Positions 19,780 to 29,585 of a stretch of 64,000 nt of DNA are shown here, piece by piece. The stretch comes from a bacterium (GTDB lineage: Bacteria > Patescibacteriota > Dojkabacteria > JAKAPS01 > JAJZLI01). Below the pieces are notes generated by a model. It did no database searches, was not told the origin of the DNA, and saw only the letters and a list, made by a program, of their open reading frames with translations. The translations under genes were made by a program, and so were the position numbers. How positions within the stretch are numbered: position 1 is the first letter of the stretch; every line of letters begins with the position of its first letter. The DNA lies in assembly GCA_021816845.1 (NCBI GenBank), contig JAKAWT010000001.1, forward strand, positions 70,087-134,086, read 5' to 3'.

Positions 19780-20205
19780 TTAACGTTTGGAATATTGAGG
19801 AGCTTTCCTAGATTTTACTTTATAATACTTCTTTCTTTCAACCATTCTTGGGTCTCTCCTTAAAAGATTGTATTGTGCCAGCGTTTTCTTGTATTCATCA
19901 TTTATTTTAGATAGTGCCCTTGATATTGCTAAAGAAATAGCTTTCAGCTGAGAAACATATCCTCCTCCCTTAGTCTTTGCACTAAAATAGAAGTTATCTT
20001 TAGTCCCTGTAAGGATAAAAGGTTTATCTAGGATAGAGTTCATCATTTCTTTACTAGATGCATATGATGATAGAGATTTATTATTTATTAATGTTTCACC
20101 TTTTCCAGAAAATAATCTTATTGTAGCTGTAGAGGTTTTATTTGTACCTGTTGCATAATAATATTCTATTTTTTTTACTTTTTTTTCAGTCATATTATTT
20201 TTCAA
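19780..20205 (-). CDS. rpsI: 30S ribosomal protein S9
   Basis: C-terminal ...RKKYYKVKSRKAPQYSKR matches the S9 tail (KAPQFSKR). Co-transcribed after rplM. Confidence 0.85.
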   Translation of the reverse strand: MKNNMTEKKVKKIEYYYATGTNKTSTATIRLFSGKGETLINNKSLSSYASSKEMMNSILDKPFILTGTKDNFYFSAKTKGGGYVSQLKAISLAISRALSKINDEYKKTLAQYNLLRRDPRMVERKKYYKVKSRKAPQYSKR

Positions 20206-20614
20206 ATTTTACACTTTTATACTCATGGTTATCATCAGCATAAATATGTAAATAATTAATCATCTCTGCACCAATCTTAGTCTTAGGTAACATTCCTTTA
20301 ACTGAATTCCGAACAACATAATCTGGATTATCTTGTATCATCTTAGAATAAGGCCTAGTAGTTAAGCCTCCAGGATACATAGAATGGGAATAATAAACTT
20401 TAGTATCAATCTTTTTATCATGAATTTTTATCTCTTTAGCATTTATTAAAACTACATGGTCAGAGAAATTGAGGTTAGAAGAATATGTAGATTTACCTTT
20501 ACCTATAAGTAGTTTAGCAATATCCACAGATAAATCTCCTAATCTCTTATCCTTTGCATCTATTAGATACCATTTCCTTTCTACATCTTTTTTTGAAATA
20601 AATTTTGTTAACAT
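20195..20614 (-). CDS. rplM: 50S ribosomal protein L13
   Basis: WYLIDAKDKRLGDLSVDIAKLLIGKGK... and ...YYSHSMYPGG are typical L13. Confidence 0.85.
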   Translation of the reverse strand: MLTKFISKKDVERKWYLIDAKDKRLGDLSVDIAKLLIGKGKSTYSSNLNFSDHVVLINAKEIKIHDKKIDTKVYYSHSMYPGGLTTRPYSKMIQDNPDYVVRNSVKGMLPKTKIGAEMINYLHIYADDNHEYKSVKFEK

Positions 20615-20616
20615 AT

Positions 20617-20970
20617 CTAATTTATTAATCTAATTTTAACCATCCTAGAGTTATCCCCTTTCCTTACTCCTATATGGACAATAGATGTAAAACCAGAAGT
20701 CCTATCCTTATATCGATCATTTAATACCTCTAATACCTTATTTGCTGCAATTTTGGTTGGAAGGGTCTCATAAAGTCTCCTTCTGGCGTTAAGGTCCCCA
20801 GGTTTCCCTATAGATATAATCTTATCCACGAAGGAAGATACAGCCTTTGCCTTAGCTTCGGTAGTTTCTACTTCTTCATATTGGATAATAGAAGCCGCAA
20901 GATTTTTTAACATTAAATCTCTATGACCTTTTACCTTATTTAGTTTTTTTACTTTTTTTAGGTGTCTCAT
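20617..20970 (-). CDS. rplQ: 50S ribosomal protein L17
   Basis: MRHLKKVKKLNKVKGHRDLMLKNLAASII matches the L17 N-terminus (MRHRK..RKL.R...HR.AM.RN). Confidence 0.85.
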   Translation of the reverse strand: MRHLKKVKKLNKVKGHRDLMLKNLAASIIQYEEVETTEAKAKAVSSFVDKIISIGKPGDLNARRRLYETLPTKIAANKVLEVLNDRYKDRTSGFTSIVHIGVRKGDNSRMVKIRLIN

Positions 20971-21745
20971 CTTTATCCTTTTTTAAGATAGTTTTCTTTG
21001 AAATAACCTTTTTTGTAGACTTTTCAGATTTTACTTTATTTTTCATTATTTCCTTTTCAGCACTTACAGGCTCAAATTCAGAATTTAATTGATTAAATAC
21101 TAAATAAGCTTCTATCAACGCAGCTTTTAAAGCAACACTAGGACTTATAGATTTAGTATATATTTCCAGTATTATTTCATCTAAATCAGTCTCATCCCCT
21201 ACCCTAGTATTTGTTACAGTAAAATTTACTCTTGAAACAGGTGAAAAATCAGCATCAATAGGTATTACTCCAGCATAGTTTCTTTTTGAATTATCTAAAA
21301 GGCGATATCCATATGAGTTTTCAATTACAAGTTCCATTGAGAGTTGAGCTTTGGAGTCAGATAATGTAGCAATAATCTGCTCTGGGTTCCTTATTTCGAT
21401 ACTATCAGTAATATTTATATCTGAAGCTCTAACAATTCTTTCACCTTTAGCATTAATCGTTACCGTTTGAGGTTCCTCAGATCTAGATATTAATTGTAGA
21501 TTTTTTACATTTAATATTATATTCATAACGTCTTCATGAACTCCATCAATAGTAGAGTATTCATGATTTATACTATCAATCTTTACTGATGTTACTGCAG
21601 CACCTTTTAGAGATGAAAGAAGGATCCTCCTTAATGTATTTCCAACAGTATATCCATAACCCTTGTTCAATGGAGATATTGAATACTTTCCATAAGAATC
21701 ATTTTCATCTAATGTTTTTATTTTCTGTAAATCTATATTAATCAT
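20936..21745 (-). CDS. rpoA: DNA-directed RNA polymerase subunit alpha. N-terminal domain only, with a lysine-rich tail replacing the alpha-CTD.
   Basis: The alpha-NTD is clear: GYGYTVGNTLRRILLSS, ...VTSVKIDSINHEYSTIDGV..., LEIYTKSISPS. The protein ends after ~230 aa of NTD with KSEKSTKKVISKKTILKKDKDETPKKSKKTK. That tail overlaps the rplQ start by 35 nt. Confidence 0.8.
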   Translation of the reverse strand: MINIDLQKIKTLDENDSYGKYSISPLNKGYGYTVGNTLRRILLSSLKGAAVTSVKIDSINHEYSTIDGVHEDVMNIILNVKNLQLISRSEEPQTVTINAKGERIVRASDINITDSIEIRNPEQIIATLSDSKAQLSMELVIENSYGYRLLDNSKRNYAGVIPIDADFSPVSRVNFTVTNTRVGDETDLDEIILEIYTKSISPSVALKAALIEAYLVFNQLNSEFEPVSAEKEIMKNKVKSEKSTKKVISKKTILKKDKDETPKKSKKTK

Positions 21746-21762
21746 AATTTTAAATAATAATA

Positions 21763-22383
21763 TTATCTAGAATAGTATTCTACCACAAGACTAGGTTGAA
21801 TACTTGGGTCAAAAAAATCTTTTTCAGGTAGAGATTCAATTGTAGCTTTATCTTTAGATACATTAATCCAGTTTGGTATATTTAGCTCAACTCCTTTCAG
21901 AGGATCTTTGAAAAACTCCGTATCCATACTTTTTATCTTTAACTCTATTACATCATTAGGATTCAATAAAGTTGAAGGTACATTATTTGATCTCCCATTA
22001 ATAGTAAAATGTCCATGAGTAACTAATTGTCTTGCTGTAGCCCTATTTGGGGCATACCCTATCCTGAATACCACGTTATCAAATCTCCTCTCTAAAACTT
22101 GTAATAATGTTAATCCTGTATCACCTTTTTTCTGAAGAGCTATATCATAATATCTCCTAAATTGTTTCTCTAAAATTCCATACATTCTCTTAATTTTTTG
22201 TTTTTCCCTGAATTGTATAGCGAAATTTGACTGCCTTTTATAAGAGAATCTATTAGATCCTGGTAAAGCACCATTCCTCCTTATAAATGGGCACTTAGAT
22301 GTATAACACTTAGAACCCTTTAAATAGAGCTTTTGGTGTTCCCTTAAACATTGTTTACATTTTGATTCAGTATATTTTGCCAT
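21763..22383 (-). CDS. rpsD: 30S ribosomal protein S4
   Basis: MAKYTESKCKQCLREHQKLYLKGSKCYTSKCP (zinc-ribbon N-terminus) followed by the S4 domain. Confidence 0.85.
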   Translation of the reverse strand: MAKYTESKCKQCLREHQKLYLKGSKCYTSKCPFIRRNGALPGSNRFSYKRQSNFAIQFREKQKIKRMYGILEKQFRRYYDIALQKKGDTGLTLLQVLERRFDNVVFRIGYAPNRATARQLVTHGHFTINGRSNNVPSTLLNPNDVIELKIKSMDTEFFKDPLKGVELNIPNWINVSKDKATIESLPEKDFFDPSIQPSLVVEYYSR

Positions 22384-22386
22384 AGT

Positions 22387-22767
22387 TTATTTTCTAGGTT
22401 GTTTCTTAGCCCTACATCCATTATGTGGAATAGGTGTTATATCAGATAAAGATAATATTTTAAGCCCTGATGATTTTAAACTTTTTACAGCCATTTGTCT
22501 ACCCATACCCGGACCAGATATGAACACATCTACATCAGAAAGACCATATTTTTGAGATTTTAAAACTGCATCCTCTGCAACTCTAGAAGCTGCAAAAGGA
22601 GTACTTTTACGAGCTCCTTTAAATCCAACAACTCCAGCAGATGATGATGCAAGAACATTTCCTGATATATCTGTTAAAGTTACTATAGTATTATTAAAAG
22701 TAGAAGCAACGTATGCCTTTCCTTTAGTAATTCTAACTTTTTCTTTTCTAATTTTTTTTTCTGCCAT
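22387..22767 (-). CDS. rpsK: 30S ribosomal protein S11
   Basis: VVGFKGARKSTPFAASRVAED...GPGMGRQMAVKSL...PHNGCRAKKQPRK is canonical S11. Confidence 0.85.
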   Translation of the reverse strand: MAEKKIRKEKVRITKGKAYVASTFNNTIVTLTDISGNVLASSSAGVVGFKGARKSTPFAASRVAEDAVLKSQKYGLSDVDVFISGPGMGRQMAVKSLKSSGLKILSLSDITPIPHNGCRAKKQPRK

Positions 22768-22768
22768 A

Positions 22769-23170
22769 TTATTTCTTCTCTATTTTTTTATTTAAACCTC
22801 CAACTGCAACTCTGACCTTACCTTTTCTTGTACGAGCATTATGCCTTGTACGTTGGCCTCTAACAGGTAATCCAATTTTATGTCTAACACCTCTGTAGGA
22901 ACGTATATCTCTTAATCTTTTTATATCTTGATAAACTTTTTGTCTTAGATTACCTTCTACTAAAATATCCCCCCCCTCTATAGCAGACCTTATTCTTGCT
23001 ATTTCGTCATCTGTTAAATCATATGTCCTCTTGTCAAGACTTATCCTTGCTCTTTCAAGTATTTTTCTAGATACAGAAACCCCTACTCCAAATATACTTG
23101 TAAGGCTTATTTCTATTCTTTTTTTTACAGGTAATTCAACACCTGCAATTCTTACTTGATTTTGTGCCAT
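22769..23170 (-). CDS. rpsM: 30S ribosomal protein S13
   Basis: [30 protein letters not shown]... and the [14 protein letters not shown] tail. Confidence 0.85.
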   Translation of the reverse strand: MAQNQVRIAGVELPVKKRIEISLTSIFGVGVSVSRKILERARISLDKRTYDLTDDEIARIRSAIEGGDILVEGNLRQKVYQDIKRLRDIRSYRGVRHKIGLPVRGQRTRHNARTRKGKVRVAVGGLNKKIEKK

Positions 23171-23286
23171 TATCCTTGTCTTTGTTTATGCTTAGGAGAT
23201 CTCTTACAATATACAAAAAGTACTCTCTGTCTTTTTACGACATAGCAACTTTTACATATTTTTTTCACAGAAGACCTAACCTTCAT
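23170..23286 (-). CDS. rpmJ: 50S ribosomal protein L36
   Basis: Manual translation of the minus strand gives [38 protein letters not shown] (38 aa). This is the L36 zinc ribbon C-x2-C...C-x4-H. Its stop overlaps the rpsM start by 1 nt. It is shorter than the ORF-track cutoff. Confidence 0.8.
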   Translation of the reverse strand: MKVRSSVKKICKSCYVVKRQRVLFVYCKRSPKHKQRQG

Positions 23287-23288
23287 AA

Positions 23289-23528
23289 TTAATATCTATA
23301 AATTATTCTCCCTCTTTTCAAATCATATTTTGAGATTTCAACCTTAACTTTGTCACCTACCAATATCTTTATATAATGCATTTTCATCTTCCCAGAAAGA
23401 TAAGCAAAAACCTCCCTACCATTTTCAAGCTCTACTTTAAAAGATAAATCCGGATATGCCTCTTTAACAACACCATTAAAATCTATTTTATCTTTTTTAT
23501 CTTTACCTTGAGTCTGGGCTCCTTCCAT
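23289..23528 (-). CDS. infA: translation initiation factor IF-1
   Basis: ...[63 protein letters not shown] is the IF-1 S1-like OB fold. Confidence 0.85.
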   Translation of the reverse strand: MEGAQTQGKDKKDKIDFNGVVKEAYPDLSFKVELENGREVFAYLSGKMKMHYIKILVGDKVKVEISKYDLKRGRIIYRY

Positions 23529-23610
23529 AAATATTATTTTAAAAACACAAGAAATATTATAACAGAGAAATATTAAGTGTGCAACATATAAATATAAAAA
23601 TCAAGGTTGC

Positions 23611-23655
23611 GGGCTGAGGTCTTGATTGTTTTTTAACAAAAAAGACCTCGAGCCC
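23611..23655 (-). terminator. stem-loop between the upstream small-protein gene and infA. Candidate intrinsic terminator or attenuator.
   Basis: GGGCTGAGGTCTT...AAGACCTCGAGCCC is a 13-bp near-perfect stem, GC-rich against a ~30% GC background. On the minus strand it is followed by a T-rich run. Confidence 0.4.
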
Positions 23656-23666
23656 GAGAGGAGAGA

Positions 23667-23906
23667 CTATAAAGTCTGATGTTCTCCAGGGATTTTCATC
23701 CTCATTGCTTCAGTTAATATATAACCTAAAGTCATACCAGTTAATACTGATGTTATTACTATAAAGATTTCTGCCTTAAATAACAGACCACTTATAGCCC
23801 CACCCGCTGTACCAAGTAATGGAGTCAACCAATAACCAAAAGCAACTCTAACATAGTATATGAACTTATCAGCCATAAAGTCTCCTTTTAGAGAGGTTGA
23901 AGACAA
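23667..23906 (-). CDS. small hypothetical membrane protein
   Basis: 79-aa ORF with two hydrophobic helices (YWLTPLLGTAGGAISGLLF, IFIVITSVLTGMTLGYIL). No family recognised. Confidence 0.35.
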   Translation of the reverse strand: MSSTSLKGDFMADKFIYYVRVAFGYWLTPLLGTAGGAISGLLFKAEIFIVITSVLTGMTLGYILTEAMRMKIPGEHQTL

Positions 23907-24011
23907 AATATTTGTCTTCTTTGCCTACATCAGGATTTCTCCTAGAATGGAGTATATCATATAATTCTATGGGTTCAAAATTGGATATATCTTTATGATA
24001 TAATTGATGTT

Positions 24012-25733
24012 ATGTTAGATAAGGATCAGATAAATACAATTAAGAATCGAATTAATATTGTGGATATAGCATCCGAACATTTAAGCCTAAAAAAAACAGG
24101 TAGATCCTATTTTGCATTATGTCCATTCCATCAAGAAAATACTCCATCTTTTTCAATTAATGAAGATTTTCAATTTTTTCATTGTTTTGGTTGTCAAGAA
24201 TCCGGCGATGTAATAACATTTATTGAGAAAATAGAGAACATCGATTTCAATGAGGCTATTGAAATTTTAGCAAAAAGAGCAGGTGTGAAAATAGAAAAGA
24301 AATATGATAAAAATGATGTGCAAAGATCAAATAGAATCGACATTCTACGGATAAACACTTTAGTCGTAGATTTCTTTCAGTCAGAACTATTAAAAAGTAG
24401 GGAGGCTATATCATATTTACAAAAAAGATCTATAAAGAAAGAAAGTGTTAAGACTTTTAAAATTGGGTATAACCCAAAAGGGGATAATCTCACAAGATTT
24501 TTAAAGTCTAAAGGAATTTCTAGGGAATTAGCAATAAAATATGGTTTTACAAAGAATCCAGATTCAAAAGATAGTAAGAATCAAATATTACTACATGACA
24601 AATTTCAAAACAGAATCGTATTTCCAATATCTAATATTAAAGGTAACATAATAGGTTTTACGTCAAGAGCAATTGATGACAGGAGCATACCAAAATACTT
24701 AAATTCACCAGAAACAGATGTTTTTAAAAAAAGTGATGTACTATATGGAATTGATGTTGCTAAAAATCATATCACAAAACAAGACTTTGTTATAATTACT
24801 GAGGGTAATATAGATGTTATACAATCTAATCAAAATGGAATCTTAAACATAGTGGGTATTCAAGGGACAGCTATAACTGAGAACCATCTGAATATGCTGA
24901 AAAGATTTACAAACAATATATATTTCGCATTTGACTCTGATAAGGCAGGTTATCTCGCATTAAGAAAAAGTTCTTTGTTAGCTGAAAATAGGAATTTCAA
25001 TACAATGGTAATAGATCTTGGAGAAGCTAAAGATATTGATGAATACATATTAAAATATGGTAAAGAGAGATGGCATTTAGCAGTCAGCAAGGCTAAGGAT
25101 TATTTATCTTTTATAATGGATTATGAAATAAATAATAATAATATTAAAAGCTATAAGGGCAAAATAGCAGTTATTGAGAATATATCAATAGTATTAAAAA
25201 GTATACCTAATGCTATAAAAAAGAGTTTTTTTGTATCAGAACTTTCTAAGAGACTTGATCTTAGTTTTGATACTATAGATCAATACATTCAAAAAAATGT
25301 TAGAGAACAACCTATAGATAGTATATCTAAAGAAATTCATAAAACTCGTATCAATAAAAATATTGAAATCTATTTTATATATATAATAATTAATTATCCA
25401 GAATTGAGAAGCTTGGCAATTTCAAATATAAAACCAGATTATCTAAAAGATCCATATTCAAAGAAAATCTATGAACATCTTATTCTAAATAACTTTACAA
25501 AGGATATAGATACAATAGATATGAGTATACAAAGATCTGTTAGTCAAGAATACATTATGAATGATGACATTAAAAAAATAGAAATTGATATTTCAAATAT
25601 AGTGAAAATAATTAAAAACAGATATATAAAAGATACAATTAAGGATCTTAAAAACCAACTCAAAAATGACCCTAAAGAGAACCAAAGAATACTTAAAAAA
25701 ATAGGACGATTATCCTCAGAATATATACAATAA
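24012..25733 (+). CDS. dnaG: DNA primase
   Basis: Zinc-binding domain (CPFHQENTPSFSINEDFQFFHCFGCQESGD) and the TOPRIM region (VIITEGNIDVIQ..., FAFDSDKAG). Confidence 0.85.
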   Translation: MLDKDQINTIKNRINIVDIASEHLSLKKTGRSYFALCPFHQENTPSFSINEDFQFFHCFGCQESGDVITFIEKIENIDFNEAIEILAKRAGVKIEKKYDKNDVQRSNRIDILRINTLVVDFFQSELLKSREAISYLQKRSIKKESVKTFKIGYNPKGDNLTRFLKSKGISRELAIKYGFTKNPDSKDSKNQILLHDKFQNRIVFPISNIKGNIIGFTSRAIDDRSIPKYLNSPETDVFKKSDVLYGIDVAKNHITKQDFVIITEGNIDVIQSNQNGILNIVGIQGTAITENHLNMLKRFTNNIYFAFDSDKAGYLALRKSSLLAENRNFNTMVIDLGEAKDIDEYILKYGKERWHLAVSKAKDYLSFIMDYEINNNNIKSYKGKIAVIENISIVLKSIPNAIKKSFFVSELSKRLDLSFDTIDQYIQKNVREQPIDSISKEIHKTRINKNIEIYFIYIIINYPELRSLAISNIKPDYLKDPYSKKIYEHLILNNFTKDIDTIDMSIQRSVSQEYIMNDDIKKIEIDISNIVKIIKNRYIKDTIKDLKNQLKNDPKENQRILKKIGRLSSEYIQ

Positions 25734-25781
25734 TATACCAATTAAAATTCTTGATAATTTGGATATCCCCTCTCTATACGA

Positions 25782-25810
25782 TTGACAAAAAGATATAAAT
25801 GTGATAGAAT
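25782..25810 (+). promoter_or_regulatory. candidate sigma-70-type promoter for the SLT-domain gene
   Basis: TTGACA, then a 17-nt spacer, then TAGAAT, located 88 nt upstream of the 25898 ATG. Confidence 0.45.
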
Positions 25811-25897
25811 ACTGCTTGTGTTTAATTTTTCCCACCTGTAGTTTATTTAATTTTATTTATATTACAGGGCTAAAATTAGTAGTTACACAAATATTAA

Positions 25898-26470
25898 ATG
25901 AATACAATTGATGTATCGAAGCGATCGCCTAAATGGCTATTGTTTATATTAGCTTCTCTTATTATCCCCCCAATAATTTTTGCTAAACCAATAAATTACA
26001 ATCAAATAAAGAACAATTCAGAAAACCATGTCATGAAGAATAGTTTTCATAGCAAGGCTGTAACACTAACTACATTAACAACAAGAATCAAACCTGCAGA
26101 AAAAATTCAGGAATCTATAGTAGGAGTTAAAGAAGCAGTGTTTGCAACTTACACACCTTCTGTAGTAACACCTCCATCTAATACATATTTATCTGGAGAG
26201 AGTGTTTATTTACCTACAATTAATGCTGCAGCATCAAAATATGGTTTAAATCCAGAATTATTAATCAGCATCATTTCTTGCGAAAGTGGATTTAATCCTA
26301 GAGCATATAACCCTTCTGGAGCATCTGGTATAGCACAATTTATGCCTTCAACCTTTTATGGAAGTTGGAATATATATAGTGGAGGTGGGTTATGGAATCC
26401 TACGTCACAAATATACGCTATGGCACTAAAAATTTCTCAAGGAGGATTAACTGCTTGGGTATGCAGATAA
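25898..26470 (+). CDS. secreted lytic transglycosylase (SLT domain) protein
   Basis: Signal peptide, then LLISIISCESGFNPRAYNPSGASGIAQFMPSTF. This contains the catalytic ES motif and the GxxQ(F/L)M box of family-1 lytic transglycosylases. Confidence 0.65.
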   Translation: MNTIDVSKRSPKWLLFILASLIIPPIIFAKPINYNQIKNNSENHVMKNSFHSKAVTLTTLTTRIKPAEKIQESIVGVKEAVFATYTPSVVTPPSNTYLSGESVYLPTINAAASKYGLNPELLISIISCESGFNPRAYNPSGASGIAQFMPSTFYGSWNIYSGGGLWNPTSQIYAMALKISQGGLTAWVCR

Positions 26471-26484
26471 TTATAAATTAACTA

Positions 26485-27234
26485 TCAATAGCTAACGTTT
26501 ACACCTGCAAGATTGGGTACAAGATAGTATTTACCATTCATATTCTCTACCATTTGTGATGCATCAAACTGTACTGCAACATAAGTTGTTTGAAGATTAT
26601 GAATACTGAATGTCTGAGCGATCTCTAAATAATCATTTGATGCAACAACCAAATTCTTAGTAACGCCATTAATCGTCGCAGTAGCTGATGCTATATATAG
26701 CTTAATATCACTATATGAACCAGAAATAAGTGATGTAGAGCCTAAATACTCTATATTTTGTGAAGAAAGAGACAATAAATTTGAAGTAACATTATTTGTT
26801 AGATCTAATGTCTCCCACCCATTATACTTATAAGATTTTGTATTCGTAGTGTTATTATTATATTTAACTTCAACCTTTCTGAATACTATTGACACATTCT
26901 GTGGAGAGACTAAATCCTTAGTATTTGACTGAATAGCATTTGTCCCATCTGTGATCCCAAACTGCAAGTTTCCTTGTAAATTTTTAGGATATTGGTTAGA
27001 AAAATTTAATTTATAATTTGCAGGCCCCTGATCTATTGCAGCAGTAGGAATATTATTTTGGACATTAGAAGAACTGTTTTGTGCAACTATATTAGAAGCA
27101 TGTTCTAAGGATGAGCCAATAAGTATACCCACTGATAATATTATTGCTACAAAAACAGCAATCCACAGAACTTTAGTCCAATTAATCTCCATATCGTTAT
27201 TTAGAGGATTTGTCAATACATGTTTTATTCCCAT
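26485..27234 (-). CDS. hypothetical membrane-anchored extracytoplasmic protein
   Basis: N-terminal TM (VLWIAVFVAIILSVGILIGS) and an S/N/T-rich body. Downstream of the histidine kinase on the same strand. Confidence 0.45.
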   Translation of the reverse strand: MGIKHVLTNPLNNDMEINWTKVLWIAVFVAIILSVGILIGSSLEHASNIVAQNSSSNVQNNIPTAAIDQGPANYKLNFSNQYPKNLQGNLQFGITDGTNAIQSNTKDLVSPQNVSIVFRKVEVKYNNNTTNTKSYKYNGWETLDLTNNVTSNLLSLSSQNIEYLGSTSLISGSYSDIKLYIASATATINGVTKNLVVASNDYLEIAQTFSIHNLQTTYVAVQFDASQMVENMNGKYYLVPNLAGVNVSY

Positions 27235-27251
27235 AAATATAATTTTATAAA

Positions 27252-27761
27252 TTATTTACTAGGGTGTGTCTTATAATATTCTACAATAGAAGTATACACC
27301 TTTGATGTTTTTGCTAAGTCTTCAGTAAATAACACATCCTGTGTATTTATTCTCATTTGATCCATAGGTCCATATGACAAAGATGGAGAAAGATGTATCA
27401 ATGTATACTGAGATTGATTATTATTGCTACTAGAGCTCCCAGAAGAACTGTTCAATTTTAAATAAAACACCTTATCCAAATAAATCCACTGACTAGATAT
27501 GCTTTCTATTTGTCCAAAATATATACTAGAAGTAGAATTATTTAAAAATACAGCCTGATAACCAGAACTACCTTTTAGTGGAACATATGAAGAACCATTT
27601 TGTGATCTAACTCCACCTATATTAAGAAAAAAACCCACAATTACTAAAAACACAACTATAATTATGGCCGCCATAGGGATTATCTGAAACTCACCTCCCA
27701 ATCCTCTACTGGCTTCAGCAGTAACATCTGCATACTTATAAACATTTTGTTGATTATTCAT
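27252..27761 (-). CDS. hypothetical membrane-anchored extracytoplasmic protein
   Basis: N-terminal TM (IIPMAAIIIVVFLVIVGFFLNIGG) and an S/N-rich body. Confidence 0.45.
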   Translation of the reverse strand: MNNQQNVYKYADVTAEASRGLGGEFQIIPMAAIIIVVFLVIVGFFLNIGGVRSQNGSSYVPLKGSSGYQAVFLNNSTSSIYFGQIESISSQWIYLDKVFYLKLNSSSGSSSSNNNQSQYTLIHLSPSLSYGPMDQMRINTQDVLFTEDLAKTSKVYTSIVEYYKTHPSK

Positions 27762-27823
27762 ATATGTAATTATTAAAATAAATAAAATTAAATGTCAATA
27801 CCACTAAAACTAATAGTAATAAA

Positions 27824-28816
27824 TTACTCTACATAAGGGAAATATAAATAGAAAACAGATCCCTTATTTTCAGTAGACTCTGCTTTTATATGTCCTCCCA
27901 ACTTCTCAATACCTATTTTGGATATATACAACCCCAAACCAATACCATCATAATTATAATTAAGCATATCTGTTTTCCTTGTAAAAGGTGTAAACAAATC
28001 TTCTTCATGGACATTTGAGAAACCTATTCCTGTGTCAGATATTTTAATAACATAAAATTTGTCCTCTTTGTAGAAAGATATTGATATAATACCATCTTTT
28101 TTATTGAATTTAATAGCATTGGATACTACATTTGCAATAATAGTTTCTAATATACTCTTATTGGTTTTTATTATTTTTAAATTTGAATCAAAAGAGTATC
28201 CTATGGCAATATTATTTAAATGATTCTCTTTATCTACAACATTTTTCACCAATTCTTCAATATTTATAGATTCAGTAGTTATATCTTGTGAACTAGCTTG
28301 AAAAAAAATCAAACTTAGAATTTCTTCAATTATTTGATTCAAATCGCTGGCACTTTTAGATATCCTGTCAACAATTTTTTTATCCTCTAAAGATAAGTTG
28401 TTATTATCTTTAAGTATGTCTATATAACCAGAAAGCGATGATACTGGAGTCCTGAGGTTATGAGATACAAGATAGATAAAATCATCTTTCATTTTATCTA
28501 TTTTATATGACTCATTTTGGAGCTTCATAAAATCTGTCCTTAGTTTACTTAAAGAGGTATTTAGATTTACAAATTCTGGGTTTTCAAAATTTGGAGTGAA
28601 ATTTATATTACCAATTTTTATAGCTTCACCAAGTTCTTTAACCTTGAATATGTCAGATATGTAATTTCTAAAAAGAAATAGTAAACAAAGTATAAAACAT
28701 AAAATCAACACAAAGAACAACACTGACAAAAAAGTCAGTCCAAACACAATGAAGTTAAATGTTACAAAAACTATAAATAGCAGTAAAACTATATATAGCC
28801 TATTCTTCATTGTCAT
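27824..28816 (-). CDS. sensor histidine kinase
   Basis: Two N-terminal TMs, an H-box (LVSHNLRTPVSSLSGYIDIL), N-box (NVVSNAIKFN) and G-boxes (DTGIGFS, GIGLGLYISK). Confidence 0.75.
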   Translation of the reverse strand: MTMKNRLYIVLLLFIVFVTFNFIVFGLTFLSVLFFVLILCFILCLLFLFRNYISDIFKVKELGEAIKIGNINFTPNFENPEFVNLNTSLSKLRTDFMKLQNESYKIDKMKDDFIYLVSHNLRTPVSSLSGYIDILKDNNNLSLEDKKIVDRISKSASDLNQIIEEILSLIFFQASSQDITTESINIEELVKNVVDKENHLNNIAIGYSFDSNLKIIKTNKSILETIIANVVSNAIKFNKKDGIISISFYKEDKFYVIKISDTGIGFSNVHEEDLFTPFTRKTDMLNYNYDGIGLGLYISKIGIEKLGGHIKAESTENKGSVFYLYFPYVE

Positions 28817-28820
28817 AATT

Positions 28821-29015
28821 TTATCCTAAAAATGTACTTCCATTCTTTGCATCTAGAGATAACAATAATAACACTATTGCAATTAACATATAATCACTAG
28901 GTTTAAAGAGTAATCTCATATTAGAAGCAAAAAATCCTAAAGCTCCAAGTAATATAGCTAAAATACCTAAATAAAATAGAACTTTTTGAAAAGTTTTTGA
29001 TTTCATAAAAATCAC
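28821..29015 (-). CDS. small hypothetical membrane protein
   Basis: 64-aa ORF with two TM helices, directly upstream of the histidine kinase. Confidence 0.3.
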   Translation of the reverse strand: MIFMKSKTFQKVLFYLGILAILLGALGFFASNMRLLFKPSDYMLIAIVLLLLSLDAKNGSTFLG

Positions 29016-29048
29016 CTCCTTTTGTTTTTATATAAAAAAAATAAATAA

Positions 29049-29585
29049 CTATTTAAACTTTCTCTTGTACTCTTCTATTGTATCTTTTATAAAATCCTGT
29101 GCAACCTTTTTACTCTCCCATCCTTCTACTTTAGTGTATTTATCTTTCATTAGGTTTTTATAATTTTCAAAAAAGAATTCTATTTCTTTTAATTTATGTC
29201 CATGCAAATCAGATAATTCATTAACGTTATTATAATGAGGATCATCTACAGGTACGCCAAAAATTTTATGGTCTAACTCCCCAGTATCATCCATCTTCAT
29301 CATACCCAAAATTTTAACGTTAATCACTACTCCAGGGAACGTTGGTTGAGATGATAGGCACATTATATCCATTGGATCATTATCATATTTATTCCATGTT
29401 TGAGGTATTAAACCATATTCAATAGGATAAGGTAATGGAGCGTAAGTAGCTCTATCTAACATTAAAACACCATATTTCTTATTAAATTCAATTTTACCAT
29501 GATACCCACGAGGGTTCTCTACAATCATATATACTGTTTCTGGAAAGTTGTCGCTTGTTGGTAATTCATGAAAAATATTAGACAT
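29049..29585 (-). CDS. ppa: inorganic pyrophosphatase (family I)
   Basis: ENPRGYHGKIEFNKKYGVLMLDR, DPMDIMCL and HGHKLKEIEFFFENYK match the soluble PPase signature. Confidence 0.85.
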   Translation of the reverse strand: MSNIFHELPTSDNFPETVYMIVENPRGYHGKIEFNKKYGVLMLDRATYAPLPYPIEYGLIPQTWNKYDNDPMDIMCLSSQPTFPGVVINVKILGMMKMDDTGELDHKIFGVPVDDPHYNNVNELSDLHGHKLKEIEFFFENYKNLMKDKYTKVEGWESKKVAQDFIKDTIEEYKRKFK

